Origin: a bacterium
GTDB lineage: Bacteria > Hinthialibacterota > Hinthialibacteria > Hinthialibacterales > Hinthialibacteraceae
NCBI GenBank assembly: GCA_963662285.2
Contig: CAXXMV010000008.1
Location: 608,001-672,000, forward strand
Direction: 5' to 3'
Length of the DNA: 64,000 bases
A program made the translations under genes and the position numbers. The stretch's first letter is position 1; the number at the start of each line of letters is the position of its first letter. The notes under the pieces are model-generated. The model did not search any database. It saw only the letters and a list, made by a program, of their open reading frames with translations, and was not told the origin of the DNA. Positions 30,200 to 40,340 of the stretch are shown here, in pieces.

Positions 30200-31504
30200 T
30201 TATCCGTGCTTAATCCGGTCTGTGATCTTGCGATGCCAAGTCACATCATCCCACATTCCTTTGAAATGCGGGTGGGTGAAATTTGAAGTGCAAATGAACT
30301 TGCAACCATGTTTCACTGCTAAATCGCAACAAATCTCAGCGCTCTCTTTGACCCATTCCCAACCTAAAGCGGGGTGATCGATCCACGAGATCGGCCCCCA
30401 GCCCTCTGTGTTGCCGCACGGAATCCCTTGCTTATGGGCGGCGGTAGATATCACGGAGATACGGCCTTCCATCCATTCGATTAATTCGTTACGGTGTTCC
30501 TTCCAATAGTGCATCATGTCCGGATAGATTTTGTAAAACTCTTTATCATCTTTCATTTCATGGATATTCCCATACCCCGTACTACCCATGGCGCCATGTA
30601 CAAACCAGACGTGATAATCCAATCCATCAAAGGCTTGCAGATCAATATTCGCCAAGGGCATGCCTGAATCAAGGGAGACGTAAAACGGGAGGCCGCTCCA
30701 ATGTTTCTTCAGGCTGTTGAGCGTTGATTTCGCAAAGTTATTATAGAAATCGCGCTGAACGGGATTCATTCCCCCGCTCGATTCATCGGGAACGACATCG
30801 GGTATATGAGCTTCGGGATTATCTTCTTTGAACTTCTTTACATCCGAGCGTGCATCGAGTTGGCTTTTTAGCCAAACATATCCATGCCAGAAGGGATACT
30901 CATTCAAGACGTCCACATAAAGCGCCTGATCCAGCAGGCCGTTTTGGTCTAGAAACTCCAGGGTCTCTATCCATGATCTCAATAGCCCGCCTTCTTCCTG
31001 AAATATAGCCTTACGTCCGGCGCCGTGAGGCAGAAACCATGACGACAAACCTACGTGGATGCCCCGCTCGTAACATTTGGGCAGAAACTCCAACAGAGCC
31101 TCGCGGGGACGTATATGCATCGATACGTCGTTGCCCCACAATGACGGCTTCCATCCGTCTTTGACGCAGAAGAATTCTTCCTGAACATTACCGTCTGTAT
31201 CAGCAGCCACAAACTGCGGCATAGCATCCATACGTATGGCGTTGTAACCGCGTTCCAGCAGCCCATCCAGAACTGCATCCCAATCTTCAAACGAACCAAA
31301 GCGGTGGTGTCTCAAAATCCAGCTGAAATCCCACATAGCGATGGCGACCGGCTTGCGCAGCTCATGCAATCTGGTTCCTATCTTGGTCATTGCACCGGTT
31401 TGATTGGTTGGTTCGACGCCATGAACTACACGGGCGCCAAGCGCTGCAGCGCTTGCGCCATAAGAAATATTGCGGACAAAAGTTCGACGTCCCATTTTCT
31501 CCAT
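30200..31504 (-). CDS. Tat-exported cellulase-like (clan GH-A TIM barrel) protein
   Basis: GRRTFVR signal; AIAMWDFSW, ERGYNAIRMDA, VDVLNE (acid/base) and NTEGWG (nucleophile). Confidence 0.82.
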   Translation of the reverse strand: MEKMGRRTFVRNISYGASAAALGARVVHGVEPTNQTGAMTKIGTRLHELRKPVAIAMWDFSWILRHHRFGSFEDWDAVLDGLLERGYNAIRMDAMPQFVAADTDGNVQEEFFCVKDGWKPSLWGNDVSMHIRPREALLEFLPKCYERGIHVGLSSWFLPHGAGRKAIFQEEGGLLRSWIETLEFLDQNGLLDQALYVDVLNEYPFWHGYVWLKSQLDARSDVKKFKEDNPEAHIPDVVPDESSGGMNPVQRDFYNNFAKSTLNSLKKHWSGLPFYVSLDSGMPLANIDLQAFDGLDYHVWFVHGAMGSTGYGNIHEMKDDKEFYKIYPDMMHYWKEHRNELIEWMEGRISVISTAAHKQGIPCGNTEGWGPISWIDHPALGWEWVKESAEICCDLAVKHGCKFICTSNFTHPHFKGMWDDVTWHRKITDRIKHG

Positions 31505-31820
31505 CTTGATATCCTTTCGCAACTAGCGTGATTCTCGAAGATAAGTTTATTTCTCCATACCGCGACGTTAACAACGCAGGTCACACATGTAAAGTGGTAA
31601 TTCTACTGGAATAACTTAAATATATTAGATATGTGTAAGTCTTAGTCTGTACAATAAAGAATAGATTTGTTACTGTGGAAAAAGTCGATATCACATAAAA
31701 AGTATAATTTATTTGGAAAAGAATGGAAAGAAAAGCAAGCCAAACATTAACTCTCTAAACTAACTTTCCGTGGTTATATACTGGGGGATATTTCATTCAC
31801 ATTAAAAGGAATAAAAACCA

Positions 31821-33383
31821 ATGATTAGTCTGAAAAAAGGGAATTTCAAAAAAGTTTTACTCAGTCTTCAAGACATAGTTGGACAGAATTACACTCGGTC
31901 GCTATGCGCCGCCCGTGCGCATTTATCAGGAGAAGATGAAAAAGAGTTATTAACCTTCGCAAAAGAAAAGATCGATTTTTTCCCTAAAACGCTTCAAAAG
32001 AACTTAGCGTCACGGCTACCTCAAGTCGGTCAGGTCTGTTGCGCTTCTCTGGATAAATCTGCGGGAGGAGCGTCAACCAAGGAGTTCAACTCTCATACCA
32101 ATGTTAACTATGCCCCCCTATCGGGCTATGGATATTACCGTATCGGTGAAAATGGCCGTTTATATTTGATATCAAAGAGTGAACATTACCATGCTCCACT
32201 CGGCCATGATTTCCCGGGCTATCGATTGCTAGAACGCGCCCGCCGTTTCGGAATCCCAAACGCGACGCACAATAATACGCGAGGCCACATCACCCGTCGG
32301 CTTGAGGAAGAACTGGTACGTCTGGCGGCGGGAATAGCGGGTAACGATACAAAAAGCATGAGTGGTGCTCTGGCATCTAAAAGTCGAACCGTATTGAACC
32401 GGGTACTGAATTTAGAAACAGGGAGCCTCGCAGCTGAAGCGGCGCTTAAAATGATACTGGCCCGTTTTTACCGTTCGCAGGATGTAAGCCCCTCTCCACA
32501 ATACAAAGGGCGTATTCCAGTTATTGTGGTCATCGGAGACGATCAGGGCGCACTTCAGGCAAACTATCATGGCACAACCATTTTAACCCAAGTCATGCGC
32601 GGCATGTGGCCCGAATTACTCACTAAACTTGAGATGAATAAATCGCTTTTGATTCGCGCCGTCCGCCCCAATAACATCGAAGACCTAAACGAGATATTTG
32701 AAACCTATGAAAAAGGGGCTTATAAAATCGCCGGAGTATTCCATGAATTGGTTATGATGAATTACGGCGCCTTGCGGTTAACCGTTCCATTTATCCGCCA
32801 TCTCTATTCGCTGTGCAATAAGCATGATGTCCCGACGGTTGTTGATGAAATCCAATCATGCATATGGAGTCCCGAAATGTTCATGTTCCGGGAATATGGC
32901 ATCAAGCCCTCAATGGTAGCTGTGGGCAAGGGCTTTCCCGGAGGCGAATACCCCGCCTCGAAAATTCTATTCAGTTCCGTCATGGATACATTACCCCAAT
33001 TCGGCGCCTTGGTAACTAATGGCCAGGAAGAAATATCATCCCTGGCTTATTTGATTACCATGCGATGGACGGAAGCAAACGCCGCAATGATTCAATCCGT
33101 CGGTGATTACTATGAAGAACGCTTGAACGAACTATCCAAGGAGCATTCCGATTACATCATCGGGATTGAAGGCAAGCGTCATTTGTCTGGCATCATTTTC
33201 AAGGATTTATCAACCGCTAAAGAATTCACGAATCAACTGAACGAGAAGGGATTTGATATCAGCGTTCAAACCTATAAAGAAGGTTGTCCGCCTATCGCGT
33301 TGACCAAGTTGCCTCTGATTATGGATTATAATGTGATCGATTTTATCATTCACACCATGCAAGATGTTTTAAGCAATATTTGA
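31821..33383 (+). CDS. Class III PLP-dependent aminotransferase (divergent)
   Basis: APLGH, TGSLAAEAALK, NYHG, VVDEIQS and VAVGKGFPGG (PLP lysine). Confidence 0.85.
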   Translation: MISLKKGNFKKVLLSLQDIVGQNYTRSLCAARAHLSGEDEKELLTFAKEKIDFFPKTLQKNLASRLPQVGQVCCASLDKSAGGASTKEFNSHTNVNYAPLSGYGYYRIGENGRLYLISKSEHYHAPLGHDFPGYRLLERARRFGIPNATHNNTRGHITRRLEEELVRLAAGIAGNDTKSMSGALASKSRTVLNRVLNLETGSLAAEAALKMILARFYRSQDVSPSPQYKGRIPVIVVIGDDQGALQANYHGTTILTQVMRGMWPELLTKLEMNKSLLIRAVRPNNIEDLNEIFETYEKGAYKIAGVFHELVMMNYGALRLTVPFIRHLYSLCNKHDVPTVVDEIQSCIWSPEMFMFREYGIKPSMVAVGKGFPGGEYPASKILFSSVMDTLPQFGALVTNGQEEISSLAYLITMRWTEANAAMIQSVGDYYEERLNELSKEHSDYIIGIEGKRHLSGIIFKDLSTAKEFTNQLNEKGFDISVQTYKEGCPPIALTKLPLIMDYNVIDFIIHTMQDVLSNI

Positions 33384-33432
33384 TGTATGGGAAAACACAG
33401 TACTTCGAGTTTACATCATGGAGTTGCGATAA

Positions 33433-34929
33433 ATGCCGAAGAAAATCCTGTTGGGGATAGATTGTGGAACCACCGTCCTGAAGGTATGTGCGCTGGATAA
33501 ACGAAAAGGCGCACTGCTGGCGCACGCCATCAGGCGCTTGCCGGTTGCTTCGCTTCCCCATGGAGGTCGTGAACAAAAATCCGTTGATATCGACCGCGCA
33601 TTCAAGTCGGCAATGACCGAACTGAAAAATAAAATCAGTTCAGACTGGCAACATATAGAAGGTATCGGACTGGCCGCACAAGGCGGCAGTACGATAATAG
33701 CCGATAGAATCTCTGGTAAAGCGCTTACCCCAATGATTCTTTGGGATGACGGACGGACGCATGATTTTCAGGCCAAACTGCTCCAAAATTATCCCCCGGC
33801 ATTTTGGCGTAAACATATCCTCTGCGATTCGCCTCCAGCAGGATTAGGTCGCTTGCTCTGGTTAAAGGAAATTAAGCCCGGTCTGTTCCACGACGGAAAT
33901 ATCCATATCGGCGCCGGAGAATACCTCTTCTATAAATTGACTGGTCTATGGCGTCAGGATGCTGGCAACGCCATTCAGATTGGTTCGTATAATCCTAAAA
34001 AGAAAAGTTTATTCTCAACTTTACTGCAAATTGCCGACATTCCTCTTTCGTTCGTGGCGCCGCTTCGTCAGGGACATGAGACTGCTTCTCTGTCGCAAAA
34101 AGGCGCCAAGCGTTTTGATCTTCAAAAGGATATTATCATCGCGGGGCCATATATCGATCAAGAAACGGGATACCTTTCTGCTGGCGGAATGTCCACCCAT
34201 CCCTTGCAATGCTCATTGGGTACAGCGTGGGTTGGTAATTTCGTTTTACCACAGGGTAACAATGGAAAATCGCCCACCCAGATAGCGCTTCCATCACCTC
34301 TCGACGAAGGATGTCTGGTGATTCAACCACTATTGACGGGAAACAGAACCTGGGAATGGGGGCTTCAGCAATTGGTTGATGAAGATTACTCTCAAGCCCT
34401 GGAAAAAGTTAGCCAGATATTCCGGTCATCATTGTTGCCTAGGGATGATCTTTTTTTTCTACCCTGGCTGGACCAATCAAACCCGGTGCATCCTCAATCT
34501 ATCGGCGCTGGAGTGTATCATGGGCTGAATACGCAAACCAATCGTACGGATATGCTTTGCGCATTGGTTGCGGGGATGTGTTGTGAAATGGCGCGCGTTT
34601 TTGACGAGGTTAAGCAAAATAAAGTGATCGATAGCATTGTTCTCGGTGGAGGCGCCAGCAATGGCCATGTGTTCCGCACGATGATTGCCGCTTTGTTTTC
34701 ACCCTTACCTGTCTACCAACAGAAGGACATAGATCTCTCTACTGCTCGTGGATCGGTTTATGCTTTCGCGCCCGCGATAGCGCAAACAAAAACAAAACGC
34801 ATCACTCCTCCTGCGCATAATAAGTTAAATGAAATACAAGCGTATTATAAAAAATACATGCAGATTTTTGACGCATATTATAAATCGATCCAAATGGGAA
34901 AAGCATTTCATTTTGGAAGGGGACGATGA
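33433..34929 (+). CDS. FGGY family carbohydrate kinase
   Basis: LGIDCGTTVLK, ILWDDGR, SLGTA and VLGGGAS motifs. Confidence 0.88.
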   Translation: MPKKILLGIDCGTTVLKVCALDKRKGALLAHAIRRLPVASLPHGGREQKSVDIDRAFKSAMTELKNKISSDWQHIEGIGLAAQGGSTIIADRISGKALTPMILWDDGRTHDFQAKLLQNYPPAFWRKHILCDSPPAGLGRLLWLKEIKPGLFHDGNIHIGAGEYLFYKLTGLWRQDAGNAIQIGSYNPKKKSLFSTLLQIADIPLSFVAPLRQGHETASLSQKGAKRFDLQKDIIIAGPYIDQETGYLSAGGMSTHPLQCSLGTAWVGNFVLPQGNNGKSPTQIALPSPLDEGCLVIQPLLTGNRTWEWGLQQLVDEDYSQALEKVSQIFRSSLLPRDDLFFLPWLDQSNPVHPQSIGAGVYHGLNTQTNRTDMLCALVAGMCCEMARVFDEVKQNKVIDSIVLGGGASNGHVFRTMIAALFSPLPVYQQKDIDLSTARGSVYAFAPAIAQTKTKRITPPAHNKLNEIQAYYKKYMQIFDAYYKSIQMGKAFHFGRGR

Positions 34930-36329
34930 TGAAACGAAAACCGAAAGCCGGATTCCTGCCTTGTTATTTGCCGCTCTACGATGAGACCATACCTGAATTA
35001 AGGCCGCAATTTGATCCGCTGCTGCAAACGGTTAAAGATGAATTGTATAACAAAAATATTGATATTGTGAGCGCCTCCGTATGCCGGATTGATTCTGAAT
35101 TTCGAGAGGCCATTGAACAATTTGAAAATGCCGGAGTGGATATCATCATCACCTTGCATTTAGCTTATTCACTTTCTCTTGAAGCCATCGAAGCATTAGC
35201 CAGAACATCAAAACCGATCCTATTGTTAGATACAACAATGGATTTTTGCTTCGACCAAAATGTTGATCCCCAACGCATTATGTTCAATCACGGTATTCAC
35301 GGCGTCCAGGACCTGGCTTCCATGTTGCGGCGCCGGGGCGTTTCTTTTCACATCGTCGCTGGTCATGTAAACCGCTCAATGGTTTTGCATCGCGCCGCTG
35401 AAATCGTGCGGGGCGCTTACGCCGCCAGTTGTTTGCAGGAGATGAAAGTCCTGCGCATCGGAGAATCGTTTTCAGGTATGGGAGATTTCGCGGTTGATGA
35501 CACGCTGCTGCAGGATAGTTTCAGCATCAAGGTTGATACCATAACCCCAGATCAACTTGCCGATGATATAGATTCGATTTCTTCCGATGCGATTGATAAT
35601 GAAATGCAACTTGATCTTATGCAGTATCAAACCGACATCGCAGATGAAGTCCATCGCCGTTCGGTAAGAGTGGGTCTGGGCGTACGCCGATATCTTGAGC
35701 GCGGCGGCTATGGCGCGTTCAGCATAAATTTTCTAGCATTTAATTCCAGCGAAGAGCCAGTCGATACAGTTCCATTTCTTGAAATATCCAAAGCCATGTC
35801 GCGTGATGTGGGATACGCCGGAGAGGGTGATGTTCTAACCGCGTCGCTGGTGGGCGCTCTGAGTCAGGCATTCGGCAAGACAACCTTCACCGAAGCCTTC
35901 TGTCCGGATTGGGAAAACGGCGCCCTTTTTATGTCGCACATGGGCGAGATGAATCCAGCCGTTGCAGGCGATAAACCACTGCTTTGTGAGAAAGATTTCC
36001 CCTGGTCCGGCGCATTAAATCCCGCCATCCTGGCATGTGCGCCAACCCCAGGCGCCGGGATTTTAGTGAACCTGGCGCCCGGTCAGAACAACTCATTTGG
36101 CCTTATCATTGCACCGGTCGATATCATGAAAGATACGACCAATCCTGTATTGAAAAAAACCATACGCGGCTGGATTCGTCCAAACGCTCCATTGGAATGG
36201 TTTCTTGAAAACTATTCACTTAACGGTGGGACGCACCATAGCGCATTGATGCTGGGCGACCATACAGAAGCCATCGCGGCCTTCGCCTCATTTATCGGAC
36301 TCGAAAGGGTAATACTCAAAAATGACTGA
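34926..36329 (+). CDS. L-arabinose isomerase-like sugar isomerase
   Basis: NHGIHGVQD, GYAGEGD, FTE, SHMGE and GTHH (AraA-type metal ligands). Confidence 0.82.
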   Translation: MMKRKPKAGFLPCYLPLYDETIPELRPQFDPLLQTVKDELYNKNIDIVSASVCRIDSEFREAIEQFENAGVDIIITLHLAYSLSLEAIEALARTSKPILLLDTTMDFCFDQNVDPQRIMFNHGIHGVQDLASMLRRRGVSFHIVAGHVNRSMVLHRAAEIVRGAYAASCLQEMKVLRIGESFSGMGDFAVDDTLLQDSFSIKVDTITPDQLADDIDSISSDAIDNEMQLDLMQYQTDIADEVHRRSVRVGLGVRRYLERGGYGAFSINFLAFNSSEEPVDTVPFLEISKAMSRDVGYAGEGDVLTASLVGALSQAFGKTTFTEAFCPDWENGALFMSHMGEMNPAVAGDKPLLCEKDFPWSGALNPAILACAPTPGAGILVNLAPGQNNSFGLIIAPVDIMKDTTNPVLKKTIRGWIRPNAPLEWFLENYSLNGGTHHSALMLGDHTEAIAAFASFIGLERVILKND

Positions 36330-38052
36330 GCTAAGCCATTTTGCACTGCATCCAATCGATTACCTGGCCTTTGGAATGTATTTTGTGGTTCTCTGTTACA
36401 TCGGGTTCCGGATGGGGCGCAAAGAGCAAAAAAGCGCCGATGATTATTTTCTGGCAGGGCATAGTCTGCCCTGGTATGTGGTTGGTAGTTCCTTTATTGC
36501 ATCAAACATCAGCACGGAACATTTCATTGGAATGATCGGTGGAGCGTTTGTTTATGGCATCTGCGTAGGCATGTCGGAATGGCTGAATGTCGGCGCATTC
36601 ACCCTTCTGATATGGATATTCATTCCATTTCTGTTGAGCACCAAAGTATTCACCATTCCCGAATTTCTAGAGAAGCGTTTCAATCCCACATTACGTCTTT
36701 TTTTCGCCATCGTGACAATTATCAGTAACGTCGTAGCGTTTCTGGCAGCAGTGCTCTATGGCGGCGGATTGGCCCTGCACACTCTCTTCGGTTGGAACTT
36801 ATGGCTGGCGATTATCATACTCGGAGCCGTAGCGGGAAGTTGGGCGATATACGGTGGACTAAAATCCGTGGCCTGGACGGATTTCTTCACGGTGATCGTT
36901 ATGATCATGGGAGGATTGCTGGTTACCATACTTGGTCTATATATGCTATCGGGTGATGCGCATTCGCTTATAGAAGGCTTCCGGGTAATGATAGAGCGCA
37001 ACCAGGCGACCGAAGGCGTCTGGGCGGAGGTGACGGCGCGCACCGCTCCACATATCGTCCACGCCGATACCTATAATCGCTTGTCCGTCATTCAGCCGGT
37101 TACTCATGAAGTGACCCCCTGGCCTTTTCTGATTTTTGGAATTTTCTCAATTAGCATATGGTACAACGTCTTGAACCAGTTTATGATTCAGCGCGTTTTG
37201 GGAGCGAAAAACATGTACCACGCGCGAATGGGAATAGTACTGGCGGGTTACATGAAAATTTTCATGCCCGTCATAATAGTGCTTCCAGGATTAATCCTTT
37301 TCGCCCGTTTCCCCGAAGTGCTGAATCTTCCCTGGCAGGATGTAAAACAAGAAGCCGACAAAGGCTATGTCACCATGCTGCAAATGTTGATACCCATCGG
37401 CTTGCGGGGATTATTTCTGGCCGCATTATTCGGAGCGATTCAATCCACGGTTAATTCCGTTTTGAATTCAACCGCAACTGTTTTCACTCTGGACATCTAC
37501 CAGCGCTGGATTAGAAAATCTGCATCACAAAAACAATTAGTACGCATGGGAATGATATCATCTATATTAATATTATTGTTGTCCATTATCCTATCAGGCT
37601 TCATCAGTAAATTTTCTGGCGGCTTATTCGTATATATCCAATCGCTGTATTCATTTTTCGCGCCGCCTTTTTCCGCCGTATTTCTTTTGGGTATCCTCTT
37701 CCGGCGTATCAATAGCCAAGGCGCCACTGCGGCCATTCTCATCGGATTTGTATCAGGAATTTTGATGAAAGCATACGTTCAATTGCCGGGACATGCGCTA
37801 TGGATTGAGCCATTCGCCATGCAGGCCATCATCAATTGGTTTTTATGCGTGCTGATTTGCTTATCAGTTAGTTTATTGACCAAACCGCCTCTACCAGAAC
37901 AGGTTGGAGATTCCCTGACGCTGAACTGGAAGAATTTGAATATTTTCAGTGAATTAGGCTCACCTTGGTATTTGAGCGTTACATTTTGGTGGAGTACATT
38001 TGTCGCTATCATTTTCGCATTGATTTTACTGTTCTCAGGGCTGTTCCTGTAA
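36322..38052 (+). CDS. Sodium:solute symporter (SGLT-like)
   Basis: DYFLAGHSLPW, ASNISTEHFIG, YGGLKSVAWTD, NQFMIQRVLGAK and SVLNSTAT. Confidence 0.93.
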   Translation: MTELSHFALHPIDYLAFGMYFVVLCYIGFRMGRKEQKSADDYFLAGHSLPWYVVGSSFIASNISTEHFIGMIGGAFVYGICVGMSEWLNVGAFTLLIWIFIPFLLSTKVFTIPEFLEKRFNPTLRLFFAIVTIISNVVAFLAAVLYGGGLALHTLFGWNLWLAIIILGAVAGSWAIYGGLKSVAWTDFFTVIVMIMGGLLVTILGLYMLSGDAHSLIEGFRVMIERNQATEGVWAEVTARTAPHIVHADTYNRLSVIQPVTHEVTPWPFLIFGIFSISIWYNVLNQFMIQRVLGAKNMYHARMGIVLAGYMKIFMPVIIVLPGLILFARFPEVLNLPWQDVKQEADKGYVTMLQMLIPIGLRGLFLAALFGAIQSTVNSVLNSTATVFTLDIYQRWIRKSASQKQLVRMGMISSILILLLSIILSGFISKFSGGLFVYIQSLYSFFAPPFSAVFLLGILFRRINSQGATAAILIGFVSGILMKAYVQLPGHALWIEPFAMQAIINWFLCVLICLSVSLLTKPPLPEQVGDSLTLNWKNLNIFSELGSPWYLSVTFWWSTFVAIIFALILLFSGLFL

Positions 38053-38073
38053 GATGAAAAAGTGAGATGAACC

Positions 38074-39096
38074 ATGAATCATTGGAAAGAAACAACTCAA
38101 CATCAACGCAACAAAATTCTATTCAAAGAGGAATTCGATTCATTCCTTCCTGATAAGATTCTGGATTTTCATGTCCATATTTTTCCTGACAATGTAATAA
38201 CGCCGGGTGAATCGTTCTCGTGTTCCGGACACCCGATCACCAGTTATGATTTGGAAGAACTCAAAAAAGACCTACCCGAAATCTATCCGGGACGAGAGCA
38301 TCTGGCCGTCTGTTTTGGGTTTCCCGATGTGTCTTATTCCATGAAGATCAACAACGATTACATAGCGGATCAATGCGACCATAAGAGTTTTTTCCCCTTC
38401 CGGCTTTTCGATCCATTGAACGATAAACCGGAAGATTTACGGCATGATCTCAGTTCAGGCCGCTTTCTGGGATTAAAACCATATCTCGATTATGTACGTA
38501 AAGCGAATGTCAATGAGGTGGAGATCCACGAGATGCTGCCCGCCTGGGCGATGGATATTGTCAATGATAGCGATTCAATCGTCATGTTGCATATTCCGCG
38601 TAAAGCGCGACTGGCCGATCCATTGAACCAGCAGCAGATAGTGGAACTCTGCCAAAGATATCCTAAATCAAAAATTATTCTCGCTCATATCGGGCGCGCC
38701 TATTTTATGAAAAACGTTATAGGTAATCTAGAAAATTTGAAGAATATCCCAAACCTTTATTACGACCTGGCCATGGTAAATCATTGGGAAGTGATGGAAT
38801 ATCTGTTTAAAACTGTTGCACCAGAGAAAATCCTATTTGGAACCGATATACCGCTAGCGCTGGCGCCGGGCAAATCAGTGGAAATAAATGATCAATATAC
38901 CTATGTGACGCCAACTCCGTGGGATTTATCCATCTCGGATGATCATGGAAAAATTCAGTTCACTTCCTTTTTGTATGAAGAGATACGGGCGATTAAAAAA
39001 GCCATTGAGCGCCTTGATCTTCGCGATGATTTTGTGCAACAATTGTTTTATGAGAACGGGATGAATCTATTGAATATGAAAGACTGTAAAGGATAA
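38074..39096 (+). CDS. Amidohydrolase family protein
   Basis: DFHVH, LHIPR, LAHIGR and FGTD metal-binding motifs. Confidence 0.85.
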   Translation: MNHWKETTQHQRNKILFKEEFDSFLPDKILDFHVHIFPDNVITPGESFSCSGHPITSYDLEELKKDLPEIYPGREHLAVCFGFPDVSYSMKINNDYIADQCDHKSFFPFRLFDPLNDKPEDLRHDLSSGRFLGLKPYLDYVRKANVNEVEIHEMLPAWAMDIVNDSDSIVMLHIPRKARLADPLNQQQIVELCQRYPKSKIILAHIGRAYFMKNVIGNLENLKNIPNLYYDLAMVNHWEVMEYLFKTVAPEKILFGTDIPLALAPGKSVEINDQYTYVTPTPWDLSISDDHGKIQFTSFLYEEIRAIKKAIERLDLRDDFVQQLFYENGMNLLNMKDCKG

Positions 39097-39104
39097 TAGC
39101 GACC

Positions 39105-40262
39105 ATGCCGCAAAAAACTTTACGCGTTGGAATGGTTGGGCATGGATTTATGGGAAAGATGCACTCTCATGCCTATCGGTCGTTGAATTTTTATTATGAT
39201 CCACCTCCCGCGAAGGTTGTTTTGGCCGGAGTGGCTACTCAATCTGAGGCGAGTATGCAACGCGCCTTGGATCAATGGGGATTCGAGTTTGGAACAACCG
39301 ATTACAATGAACTTTGCCAGCGGGATGATATTGACATCATCGACTGCTGCTCTCCCAATTTCCATCACAAAGAAGTCTTGCTCAAAGCGCTGGAGCATGG
39401 CAAACATCTCTATATGGATAAACCGTTAGCGCTTACGCTGGATGAAGCGAAAGAGATGCGTGAAGCGGCTCTTAGGCATCCAGAATGCATAACCCAAATG
39501 GTATTTCAATACCGCTTCGTCCCCGCAATGCTTCGCGCCAAACAGTTGATTGAGCAAGGCGCCTTAGGAAGAATTTACAGCGCACGGGTCTGTTATCTTC
39601 ATGCCGGATATATCGATCCCAAACGTCCATACTCATGGCGGTTGGATGTAAAAAAAAGCGGCAAGGGGGGCGCGTTGTTTGATTTGGGCGCTCATGTAGT
39701 CGATCTGACTCGTTACCTGCTCGGTGAAATCGACCAGGTCTTTCATCTGGGCGAAACCATGATCAAAGAACGTCCCTTGAAAGATGATCCCTCCACGTTT
39801 GTTCCTATTGAAGTGGACGATATTTCCATTCTTCTCCTACGGCTGAAAAATGGCGGAGTAGGTACTCTGGAATCATCCCGCCTGGCTACGGGAGTTCAAG
39901 ACGAAGTACGTTTTGAAGCGCATGGCAGTAAAGGCGCAATTCGTTTCAACCTGATGCAGCCCAATTACCTGGAATTTTACGACGCCACCTCACCCGAAGC
40001 CGAATACGGCGGCCAGCGCGGTTTCAAGTCGATTGAATGCGTCGCCCGATATCCAAAACCAGCGTCCTTGCCCGGCCCAAAAAACACCATCGGGTGGGAA
40101 CGCTTCCATGTACATAGCATATACAATTTCATAACATGCGTACTCGAAGGAAAATCGGCGGCGCCCGATATTTGCGATGGTGCGCAAACTCAATGCGTAC
40201 TTCAGGCGGCGTTGCAATCCAGTCAAAGCGCTCAATGGACGCCTGTTGAAGAACTAAAATAA
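39105..40262 (+). CDS. Gfo/Idh/MocA family oxidoreductase
   Basis: GMVGHGFMG, MDKPLA, FQYRF and GGALFDLGAH. Confidence 0.93.
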   Translation: MPQKTLRVGMVGHGFMGKMHSHAYRSLNFYYDPPPAKVVLAGVATQSEASMQRALDQWGFEFGTTDYNELCQRDDIDIIDCCSPNFHHKEVLLKALEHGKHLYMDKPLALTLDEAKEMREAALRHPECITQMVFQYRFVPAMLRAKQLIEQGALGRIYSARVCYLHAGYIDPKRPYSWRLDVKKSGKGGALFDLGAHVVDLTRYLLGEIDQVFHLGETMIKERPLKDDPSTFVPIEVDDISILLLRLKNGGVGTLESSRLATGVQDEVRFEAHGSKGAIRFNLMQPNYLEFYDATSPEAEYGGQRGFKSIECVARYPKPASLPGPKNTIGWERFHVHSIYNFITCVLEGKSAAPDICDGAQTQCVLQAALQSSQSAQWTPVEELK

Positions 40263-40340
40263 TATAAGCAATGATCACATTCGGTCATCTAAACAGAACA
40301 TTATCATGAGAACCTCTCTATATAAAAGGAGTATGTCAAA

